Positions 44,609-52,447 of a DNA stretch of 64,000 nt are shown piece after piece. Position numbers and translations under genes: made by a program. This stretch comes from Opitutia bacterium (GTDB taxonomy: Bacteria; Verrucomicrobiota; Verrucomicrobiia; Opitutales; Opitutaceae). The notes under the pieces were generated by a model. The model did not search any database, was not told where the DNA came from, and saw only the letters and a list, made by a program, of their open reading frames with translations. Every line of letters starts with the position of its first letter. Positions within the stretch are counted from its first letter, which is position 1. The stretch spans positions 296 through 64,295 of the forward strand of contig PMBT01000026.1 in the NCBI GenBank assembly GCA_003153035.1, written 5' to 3'.

Positions 44609-44792
44609 GGGGAGTAATCTGGGGTGGATGCTAGCGGGCAAAAGGAACGCCTTCTTATTGTGCGACCGCAACACAGGGTTGGCCAGCTGAAGGTTAGAAG
44701 ACGTTCGTTTGCCACGACAATCCGGGTATGACTTTGCCCTCAATCGGGCCGGCAAGAACAGCCGCCGGGCGGCGCCCCCGCCCTCGCGACGA

Positions 44793-46016
44793 TTATCGCT
44801 TGCTGAAGGCGTCTTTTATCTCGTCCAACGAAACACCAAGGGTGGCGCGAGCCACTCCGTCCAGCGCGGCCTTCGGCCCGCTCAGGTGAAATGTCCGCTG
44901 GGTGTGCGAGAGCCTCTCGCCGGGCGCAAGCGCCGCTGCCGGCGAGGAGGATTCGAGTTCGTAAAAGGGCCCCATCGGCTTCGCCCCTGGCGTGGCCGGT
45001 CCGTCGTTGTAGGCGTTCGCCGCGTCGCCTCGGAAAGGATTATCCTGGAGCTTCCAGAGCGAATTCACGTAATCGGTCACGCCGGCCGGCTGCGTAAACT
45101 TGACCAGCGTCAGGACGTTGTTGCTCGCATCATAACTGCCCAGGATCGCCTTGCTGCGTTTAGGGCTAATGCCGATCTTGCTGCGGTACTTGCCGTCCGC
45201 CGCGAACAAAATGACGTCGTCCCTGATGATGAGCCGATCCGCAGGAACGGGGCCGAAGTAATCCGACGTCGCCTTCACCCCGAGTTCGGATTCCGGGCCG
45301 GACTTGATCGGAACCACGATACTGGTGGAAGGGGAAGGATTGAACATACTCAGGATCCAGATTGAGAGCTCCCCGGTTTCTTTCTTCCACGCCTCTTTGC
45401 CCGCGTTGGTGATCCGGTTCTCGCTGGCAAACGCCACCATGCTCACGTCCTTGACCGGCAAGATTCCCAGTTCCTTCCAAACCGCCGCGGCATCCAACAA
45501 ACTGACTTTGCGCTCCACTTTGACCTCGAAGCGCGTTCCTGAGTGGTTAACGAGGCCGAACTTCGCCCCGAAGAGCACAGCATCGTTGGATTTGGAGATT
45601 ACCGCGAACGGCAATGTGTCGAAAACCGCCGGGGTTTGCCAATCGGCGAACTCGAACTTCGTGCCTGGCGCAAAAAAGATCGAGAACTGGCCGCCTTCCG
45701 GGCCCATCCAGAATCGATCTTCACCCCCAAACGCGTTCATGTGCGGCAATGGTTTCCCGGAGGCAATGAGCTCACGATTGACCCAGCCGTGGCTCGAGCC
45801 GCCATCGCCCCCGGCACTGCTCGTCATCACCCGGCCCTGCCAAGCCGGAACCACGGCGAGTTCCGCAGCTCCGGCATGGTCCCTCAACACGATGACTTCA
45901 GTGTGATCTTTGAGAAAAGTCACATCGTCGCCGAACGTGGCGGCCCGGCCAAAGGGAGTGAATGCTGCCGCTGCGATCATCACCGCTATAGCGCTTCCGA
46001 TGGGGCTTTGTTTCAT
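44793..46016 (-). CDS. Secreted hypothetical protein (407 aa), possible mutarotase-like beta-sandwich
   Basis: The signal peptide is MKQSPIGSAIAVMIAAAAFTPFGRA. FGGEDRFWMGPEGG recalls the GG(H/E)R(L/F)W..PE motif of DUF4380/aldose-epimerase-like folds. It is beta-rich throughout. Family not assigned. Confidence 0.7.
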   Translation of the reverse strand: MKQSPIGSAIAVMIAAAAFTPFGRAATFGDDVTFLKDHTEVIVLRDHAGAAELAVVPAWQGRVMTSSAGGDGGSSHGWVNRELIASGKPLPHMNAFGGEDRFWMGPEGGQFSIFFAPGTKFEFADWQTPAVFDTLPFAVISKSNDAVLFGAKFGLVNHSGTRFEVKVERKVSLLDAAAVWKELGILPVKDVSMVAFASENRITNAGKEAWKKETGELSIWILSMFNPSPSTSIVVPIKSGPESELGVKATSDYFGPVPADRLIIRDDVILFAADGKYRSKIGISPKRSKAILGSYDASNNVLTLVKFTQPAGVTDYVNSLWKLQDNPFRGDAANAYNDGPATPGAKPMGPFYELESSSPAAALAPGERLSHTQRTFHLSGPKAALDGVARATLGVSLDEIKDAFSKR

Positions 46017-46141
46017 GATGGTATCTGGGATGGTTTTTCACTGCGTTTCTGCCGGAGATAAAACTCTGCCCACCAGATGGGCCGGGGGTTGGCATTGGTG
46101 CAGGTTTCCTGGAACGAGACGAGGAAACTTTCCTCCCTTGC

Positions 46142-48343
46142 TCACCGCGAATCCGGATGGTCCGGCTTGAAACCGATGGCGTCGAGCGCGGGCTGGATCT
46201 CCGGGTTGGCCATGAATTCCTTCCACAGGAGGCCGGTGCGGTGGTTCTCGATCATGGCGACGATCTGCGCCTGGTTGAGCCCCATCCACACCTCTTCGTA
46301 CCAGTTCAGCGAAGGATTAAAGCTGTCATAGAATCCATAGATTCCCCACGTCTTGGCCCCGAGATCGCGGTAATAATGCTTCAGCGCGGCCATCGATTCC
46401 TCAGGCGTGTAGGGGAACGCCCCGAGCGCGGCCGAGATGCAGATGGTGCCGATGTCGTCGCGCGGGACGGGACGGCCGCCCCCGCAATTAATCCCCGCTG
46501 AGAGTCCCCAGCAATCGGGCCCGTAACCGGCGTGCCCGCGCGCGTTCTCCATGCAATAGGCGCGGTTGATAAGCGCAAGCGCGCGGTTGTTCTGGAAATA
46601 GTTCGTGTAGGCGTCGCGCCGGCCCCGCGGATCGAAGCCCAAGAAGGAGAACTGGGTGAAGAACAGTTCGCCGCCGGTGCCGAGGCCGACGTCGAGCTTG
46701 TGGCCATAGTAGCTGTTCCCGTTGGTATAGTGGTCGCCGGCCGTCGTTCGGCTCCAGCCCCGGCGGTAGCGGACCGCCGGCGCGGATTGTCCGGCCCACC
46801 CCGTGTGGTAGAGGCTGGCCGGCACCGCATGCGTCGGCGACGCAATCGCGAGCAGGTAGATGATCAGCGTCTCATTCCAGCCGACCAGCGGGTGGCTGAT
46901 ATGCCAGCCGTGGTCGGGCGACCAGTGCCAATAAAGAAAATCGCCCGCCGGCTCCTTGCGGAACCAGTTCCATTCGACGCCGCGCCAGCAGGCGGTGATC
47001 GTTTCGCGGATCGCCCGTTCGGCGGCGTTGTCGCGGTTGAAATACTGCCGGGCCGTCAGCAGGCCCTGCATGAGGAATGCCGTCTCCACCAGGTCGGCGC
47101 CATCGTCGTAGGATCCAAAGTAAGGGATGACCTTGCCGGTGCGCCCGTCGAGGAAATGAGGCCACGCGCCGTGGAACCGGTCGGCGGTCTGCAGGAAATG
47201 CACGATCTTCAGCAGGCGCCCAGCGCCCTGCTCGCGGGTGATGAAACCGCGCTCCGTCCCCGTGACCAGCGCCATGACGCCGAAACCCGTCGCGCCAAGC
47301 GCGCACAGATCGTCGTTGCCCGGCAGAAGTTCGATGGCCATGCCGGAATTGGGATGGCCCGCCTCCCAGTAGTAGCGGAAACAGCCTTCCTGCACCATGG
47401 TGAGCAACTCCTCGTCGTTGAACTCGCGAGTCGCGCCCGAGGCCGCGGGGGACAGGACCGACTCGCGGCCGGACTCGTCGATTGCACTGATCTTGTAGAA
47501 CGCCTGGCGGCCTGGTTGTCCTATGAAATCCGCGTAACGGTTCACCTCACCTTGCTGAATGCCGACGGGAGCGTACGTCCGGCCGTCCAATGAGCGGTAG
47601 ATCTGGTAGCGGAACGGCGGTTTCCCGGCCGGCCGCGCCCACGTCAGGTCGAAGTGGCGTTCGCCGGGCTTGACCGCGAGACCGTCCGGCGCGGCGGGCG
47701 CCGGCCCGCCCGCAACTTCGTCTGGCCCGACCTCCACGTCGTCAATGTAGAGCGTGTGTTCCCGGCCATCGTCGAGGCCCTGCTCGAAGATCAGGCCCGC
47801 CAGCTTGTGAAGGTCGAAGCGATTCTCAGCGGTCCCGCCATATTGCCCCTGAAAATCAGCCAGCCTGAAGCGCAACTGCACCCACCGGCCGGCCGGAAGC
47901 GCGCCCTGCCGGTCGAGCAGCGTGATGGTGCCCGCCCAGGCGTCCGTCATGTCCTTCAGGTTCAGTCGCGGCGACTCCTCGGGTGTCAGGCCCTCTTCCG
48001 AGAAACACCAGAAGGACAGGGTGTCGCCCCGGTAGTCGAAGCTCGGGCTGTAGTGTTCCGACGCCTTGAGCGTCATTTGCCAATCGCCACCTGGTGCGGA
48101 TTTCCATTTTAGCCGCAGCCCGTTCGGTGGTGAAATGAAGTGGTCGGTCTCAACCGGGAACTTGCCGTCGACTAGATCGAGTTTGCTGGGCGCAATGATT
48201 TTGCCATAGCTCCGGTAAAGTGATCCGTCGGCCAGGCTGTTATCGAAGACGACGTGGTGGAAATAAGTGGACTCGGCCAGGACATTGAGGCTGCCAAGCG
48301 ACAGCAGGACGGCGAGGCAGGCGGAACGGACTTTGATGTGCAT
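46142..48343 (-). CDS. GH144-type (DUF3131/'glucoamylase-family') candidate endo-beta-1,2-glucanase with N-terminal CBM-like and Fn3-like modules
   Basis: The signal peptide is [23 protein letters not shown]. The Fn3-like module is [24 protein letters not shown]...[14 protein letters not shown]. Catalytic-domain blocks are shared with the paralog at 55316-58111: [40 protein letters not shown] and [13 protein letters not shown]. Confidence 0.82.
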   Translation of the reverse strand: MHIKVRSACLAVLLSLGSLNVLAESTYFHHVVFDNSLADGSLYRSYGKIIAPSKLDLVDGKFPVETDHFISPPNGLRLKWKSAPGGDWQMTLKASEHYSPSFDYRGDTLSFWCFSEEGLTPEESPRLNLKDMTDAWAGTITLLDRQGALPAGRWVQLRFRLADFQGQYGGTAENRFDLHKLAGLIFEQGLDDGREHTLYIDDVEVGPDEVAGGPAPAAPDGLAVKPGERHFDLTWARPAGKPPFRYQIYRSLDGRTYAPVGIQQGEVNRYADFIGQPGRQAFYKISAIDESGRESVLSPAASGATREFNDEELLTMVQEGCFRYYWEAGHPNSGMAIELLPGNDDLCALGATGFGVMALVTGTERGFITREQGAGRLLKIVHFLQTADRFHGAWPHFLDGRTGKVIPYFGSYDDGADLVETAFLMQGLLTARQYFNRDNAAERAIRETITACWRGVEWNWFRKEPAGDFLYWHWSPDHGWHISHPLVGWNETLIIYLLAIASPTHAVPASLYHTGWAGQSAPAVRYRRGWSRTTAGDHYTNGNSYYGHKLDVGLGTGGELFFTQFSFLGFDPRGRRDAYTNYFQNNRALALINRAYCMENARGHAGYGPDCWGLSAGINCGGGRPVPRDDIGTICISAALGAFPYTPEESMAALKHYYRDLGAKTWGIYGFYDSFNPSLNWYEEVWMGLNQAQIVAMIENHRTGLLWKEFMANPEIQPALDAIGFKPDHPDSR

Positions 48344-48428
48344 GGTGGGTTAAACGGTCTTGGCTGGCTCAGGCAACGTTCATCGCGATGGTTTCGCTAC
48401 CCAGGAGGTTGCTTCGGCTTGGTGGAAA

Positions 48429-48560
48429 GTGGCACGGGTCTCCCGACTCGTGGTTAAAGGGAACACGGGTCAGGAGACCCGTGCCACAAAACTGATGATA
48501 GTTGGAACGGGACATAAGGGGTCTTGTGCAAATGCCTTGGGGCAAGCCCCGAGGATCTCC
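48429..48560 (+). repeat. Composite double-hairpin repeat, copy B
   Basis: GTGGCACGGGTCTCCCGACTCGTGGTTAAAGGGAACACGGGTCAGGAGACCCGTGCCAC-AAAACTGA...GGGACATAAGGGGTCTTGTGCAAATGCCTTGGGGCAAGCCCCGAGGATCTCC. It lies between the GH94 stop (48630) and the GH144 start (48343). Confidence 0.85.
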
Positions 48561-48629
48561 GCTTCCTCTTTTACCTCCTATAAAATGGTCTGTGGCTGCT
48601 CCGCCGCGCTTTGGGACATCCGCGCCTAC

Positions 48630-51600
48630 TCACAATTCCACAACGATCCCGTTCTTCTCCGTCCGCAGCTGCTCCGCCACTTGGGCGGCGGGGATGCGAA
48701 GCCCGCCGGCGCGGTACGGATTGGGATCGCGCCGCACGGAACCCGTCATCCGGACCCCGTTTACGATGACCCTGGCCGGCGAAAAGGTACCGACCTTCAC
48801 CCGGTATTGAATCTCCACCCGATGACCGCAGAGTGTCATGGTCGCGATCAAGCCGTCGAGGCTCTTCGGCATCACCGGATCAAACACCAGATCGCCGAAG
48901 GACTCCCTGATGCCGAGCAGGCATGTGCGGACATTGTGGAGGAACATGCCCGGTCCGCTCGAGTAAAGCCGCCAGCCGCCCCGCACCCCAACCTGCCCCG
49001 CCCGCAGCTCCGGCCACCGTGCAGTGGCCTCGTAACGGTCGGCAAAATCCGCGTCGGAACTGGAAAAATAGACGTTGCTTTGGCGCGGCTCGGCCTGCCG
49101 CACAACCTCCGCAAGCCCAACCGGGTTGACGACCTGCAAAGCGGTCCACAACCCCTCGGCTTCACCGACTTTGGCCAGCGCCTCGGCATAGCGCAGATGG
49201 GCGTGGACATATTGCAGCCCGATCTCCCGACCGACGTTGGCGGCGGTCTCAGCCCGCCGGAAAAGATGTGCGCTCCCGCCGTGGTACGTGGCTGGTTCGC
49301 TCATCAGCCGCACCCCGTCGGGGTACAGTAGCTCACGGGCGATGATCTCGAGGTGGCGGGCGGCTTCCGCCGGCGTGAAGAGCTCCGCCAGGATCGAACG
49401 GGTCATTGGCAGCAACCGGTAGCGGATGCCAGTGACGGCATCCGTCGGATGAAGCAGCGGCCGGGCACGGCCATCCGGTTCCACGACGACGAATCCCGCC
49501 ACAATTCCGTCCGGCATCAATCGCGCCGCAAAATCGCTCCGCATGCGTTGCAACCACGCGTCAAGCCGGTCCGCCCGTCCAGGCTGTCCGGCGCGCCGGC
49601 AGACTTCCGCCAGCTGCCGGAAAGTGTGAAACGCCAGTCCGACCGTCCAGGCGCTGATCATGCGGGTGCGCATCGTCGGGTCGGCGGGCTGCAGGGTGTC
49701 GTCCCAATCGCCATCACCGTAGTTGACCAGCGCCGTCCTGTCCACGAACCGCGACTCGACGTGTGCCATCACGCGATCGCAGTGGTCGAGAAGCGGTTCC
49801 TCCGGCCCGGTGGGTTCGAAACGCCGCGGATCGGTGTAGCCGATCGTCTGCTTCAGAAACTCCCGGTCGTTGCTCGCCTCCACGTAGTCGCACAACGCCT
49901 TGACCGGCCAAAAGCAGACATCGCCATGGCTGTGCGCCTGCTGGATGAAACGGAACGGTGGGAACATGAACCACTGGGGCCAGCTGCCATCGTGCGGGTA
50001 CTGCTGCGCGAACACCGTCTCCAGAACGCGGCGCACCACGTCATGGCGGCCCGCGGCCAGGAGCCACTCCACCGATCCCTGGCAGACATCGCGCACCCCC
50101 CAGGCCCCGCCGCCATACTGTTCGAGGCCATGCGGCGCGGAGAAATGGATGCTGGCATTGTGGGTGAACCATGGCAGCACCTCGTTAACACGCGCGATGC
50201 CCGCATCGTGGCCGCCGTGCAAGCGCACCGGTGCCGCCGGCGGCGCGGCCGGCCGGATTCCGGCCCCGTACTCACCTCGGGCCGCGGCAACCGCGGCCGC
50301 CAGCGCCGCCGGTCCGTCCGAAGTGCCGGTCAGGATCGCCCCGCACTGGCTGACCGCCCGGGAACGCAAAACCACATAGGGCCCGTTCCGGCAAATCCCG
50401 TCGGCATGCAGCAGTTCATCGCCGCCAATGACCGCCATCTCCCCGGTGTCCATCGCCGCCAGCGCGAAGCAGGTGCCCGGAAGATGCTCCGCCAGCAATC
50501 CGTCCCCTGCGGGCTCGCACCCCACCCAGCCCTCCGCCGCAAAGATCTCCGCCGAGCCGGCGCTATCGAACTCGTTCGAGCCGATCACCAGTTGGTGGGT
50601 GAGCAAAAACTCCCGCGGCGCCCCGGCGGTCACGCGCAGCTCGAGGAACGAGGCGGAGAGGCGTCGCGCGCACCAGACGCGCGCTTCGATGACGTCAGCG
50701 CCGAACTGGTAAATCCAGCGGACCTCGCCGGGACTCATGGCAAAAGCGGAAGGAATCCCGAGCTGCCGCCAGACCCCTTCATGGCGGATAAAAACGCGCT
50801 GGCCGCTGCCGCGGACAACATTCAGGGAGTTGCGGATGACCGGCAGAAAACGCGCCAGGCTCGGGTTGCCGAAATAGGCCTGGGCGGCAAAAATGCCGGC
50901 CGCATAGACGGTCAGGCCGAACTGGGCGTTATCAATCCAGGTTGCCTCGCCGGACCGAAGGAGGTGGCCGTGCGGGCGGGCGACGAGCGCCTCCTTGTCA
51001 CGGGTGACGACGTGAGTATCCTCGGCGCTGAAAAACGCCAGCGGGGCCCGGTCAGCGCCGCGCTCTTCGTGGCGGCGCGCACCCGGAAACCATGCCGACA
51101 AATCGGCCTCCGTGGGCCGGTCACCATGCAACCATTTTGCTGTGACGAACACCGACGGTTCCGCAGCCGCGGACGGAGCGCGCGGTGTCGCGCAGCCCCA
51201 GTCCACCGGGAGAACCTCCCTCAACCGGGCGAGATCGGACGGGGCGGACGCTTCTGGATGATCCTCGAGATACCGGGCGACGAAACTGATCTCGCCGGTG
51301 GCGCCAGGCGGCAGCTCGAGCGCACGGCTCTGCAGGCCGCCGAGCGCAAACTCGTATTGCAGGCGTTTCGACGGGAGCGATGCCATCCATGCGGCGGCGG
51401 GCTCGCCCGTGAGCCGGTGGTCGGCGCCAAAAAACTGCCACCCGTCGGTGCAGAACGCCGCCGCGCCCGTTGCACACGCGAGCGCCAGCCACGGATGGCG
51501 GCCGCCCGTCATCGCCTGGTTCTGGCGGGCCAGGACCGCCCAGCCGAGCGCGGCGTCGTCGACTGGCAGCAAGTCGATGTAGTGCGAGATATACGCCTCG

Positions 51601-52037
51601 TTGTTTCGGACGGCTCCTTCATCGGCGAGGCCGAGGTCCTGCGCCAGCAGCACATCAAGGCGGCGCACAACGGACCCGGTGTTACGCACGCGCACCCGCC
51701 AGGCCCAGGCCGCATGCTGCCCGTGCAACTGGAGCGTGGTGGTGCATTGCAGGCCGGCATCGGCCACCGAATTCCAGGCGGCCGCATCCACGCCATTGTG
51801 GGAGAAATCAAGCCCCGGGCCGGTCAGCGGGCACCAACCGGCAACGCCGGCGGCGCCGTGCCAGCGCAGGAGCAGACGGAACAAGCCGTCCTCCGCCGGG
51901 CCGGGCAGCAGCTGGTTGAGAAGCGTCGGGCCGTGGCGCAGAGCGAACACGGCGCCCGAAGGCAGCAGTTGCACGACGAGCGGCGAACGATTGTGCAGCT
52001 CCACCAATCCCAGATCAGCTATGGCCGGGATTTTCAT
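48630..52037 (-). CDS. GH94-type glycoside phosphorylase (candidate 1,2-beta-oligoglucan phosphorylase), cytoplasmic
   Basis: About 1135 aa with no signal peptide. The (alpha/alpha)6 catalytic region contains VNYGDGDWDDTLQP (GH94 catalytic Asp context) and HGLEQYGGGAWGVRDVCQG. I prefer ATG 52037 (MKIPAIADLG), because the track start at 52091 lies inside repeat copy C. Confidence 0.82.
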   Translation of the reverse strand: MKIPAIADLGLVELHNRSPLVVQLLPSGAVFALRHGPTLLNQLLPGPAEDGLFRLLLRWHGAAGVAGWCPLTGPGLDFSHNGVDAAAWNSVADAGLQCTTTLQLHGQHAAWAWRVRVRNTGSVVRRLDVLLAQDLGLADEGAVRNNEAYISHYIDLLPVDDAALGWAVLARQNQAMTGGRHPWLALACATGAAAFCTDGWQFFGADHRLTGEPAAAWMASLPSKRLQYEFALGGLQSRALELPPGATGEISFVARYLEDHPEASAPSDLARLREVLPVDWGCATPRAPSAAAEPSVFVTAKWLHGDRPTEADLSAWFPGARRHEERGADRAPLAFFSAEDTHVVTRDKEALVARPHGHLLRSGEATWIDNAQFGLTVYAAGIFAAQAYFGNPSLARFLPVIRNSLNVVRGSGQRVFIRHEGVWRQLGIPSAFAMSPGEVRWIYQFGADVIEARVWCARRLSASFLELRVTAGAPREFLLTHQLVIGSNEFDSAGSAEIFAAEGWVGCEPAGDGLLAEHLPGTCFALAAMDTGEMAVIGGDELLHADGICRNGPYVVLRSRAVSQCGAILTGTSDGPAALAAAVAAARGEYGAGIRPAAPPAAPVRLHGGHDAGIARVNEVLPWFTHNASIHFSAPHGLEQYGGGAWGVRDVCQGSVEWLLAAGRHDVVRRVLETVFAQQYPHDGSWPQWFMFPPFRFIQQAHSHGDVCFWPVKALCDYVEASNDREFLKQTIGYTDPRRFEPTGPEEPLLDHCDRVMAHVESRFVDRTALVNYGDGDWDDTLQPADPTMRTRMISAWTVGLAFHTFRQLAEVCRRAGQPGRADRLDAWLQRMRSDFAARLMPDGIVAGFVVVEPDGRARPLLHPTDAVTGIRYRLLPMTRSILAELFTPAEAARHLEIIARELLYPDGVRLMSEPATYHGGSAHLFRRAETAANVGREIGLQYVHAHLRYAEALAKVGEAEGLWTALQVVNPVGLAEVVRQAEPRQSNVYFSSSDADFADRYEATARWPELRAGQVGVRGGWRLYSSGPGMFLHNVRTCLLGIRESFGDLVFDPVMPKSLDGLIATMTLCGHRVEIQYRVKVGTFSPARVIVNGVRMTGSVRRDPNPYRAGGLRIPAAQVAEQLRTEKNGIVVEL

Positions 52038-52084
52038 TCGCAATGGGTCCGACACCCCGAAACTTGTAGCGGCTTGGTCAGGAA

Positions 52085-52210
52085 GCGGCACGGGTCTCCC
52101 GACCCGTGGGGATCGGAAACACAGGTCGGGAGACCCGTGCCACTAAACTGACGCTGAATGCAGCGGGACATGAAGTGTCTTGTTCAAATGCCCCGGAACT
52201 TACTCCGGGG
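52085..52210 (+). repeat. Composite double-hairpin repeat, copy C
   Basis: GCGGCACGGGTCTCCCGACCCGTGGGGATCGGAAACACAGGTCGGGAGACCCGTGCCAC-TAAACTGA...GGGACATGAAGTGTCTTGTTCAAATGCCCCGGAACTTACTCCGGGG. It lies between the TonB-dependent receptor stop (52448) and the GH94 start (52037). Confidence 0.85.
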
Positions 52211-52447
52211 AACGTCAAGGGGGTTGGGGCATGGAGAGGTAGAGCGGGTGAATAACCAGCGCCCGTTTGCGCGAGCAGAGGCCAAACCCGCAGGAACCAG
52301 GAAGACACCGCCAGTGCCCAAACCCCGGCCAACGGGTCTGGGCGCGCCAGTGGTTCTGAAGCGCCATCCGGCCGTCCGGGCCGGATGGCTTCCTCAGAAT
52401 GGAGATGGCACCAGCATCAGGCCCGATGCCATCGGATTTGGGAGTCC

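Noticed and set aside
49353-52151. 932-aa plus-strand ORF antisense to the GH94-type gene
   Set aside because: Extremely Arg/Pro/Gly-rich with no domain signatures. The minus strand carries the GH94 catalytic motif, and the ORF's end runs into repeat copy C.
27018-52210. Possibility that the repeated GGCACGGGTC... hairpins are a CRISPR array or tRNA-like genes
   Set aside because: There are only three dispersed copies 4-21 kb apart. Each is an inverted pair rather than evenly spaced direct repeats, there are no cas genes, and no cloverleaf or anticodon arm can be drawn.
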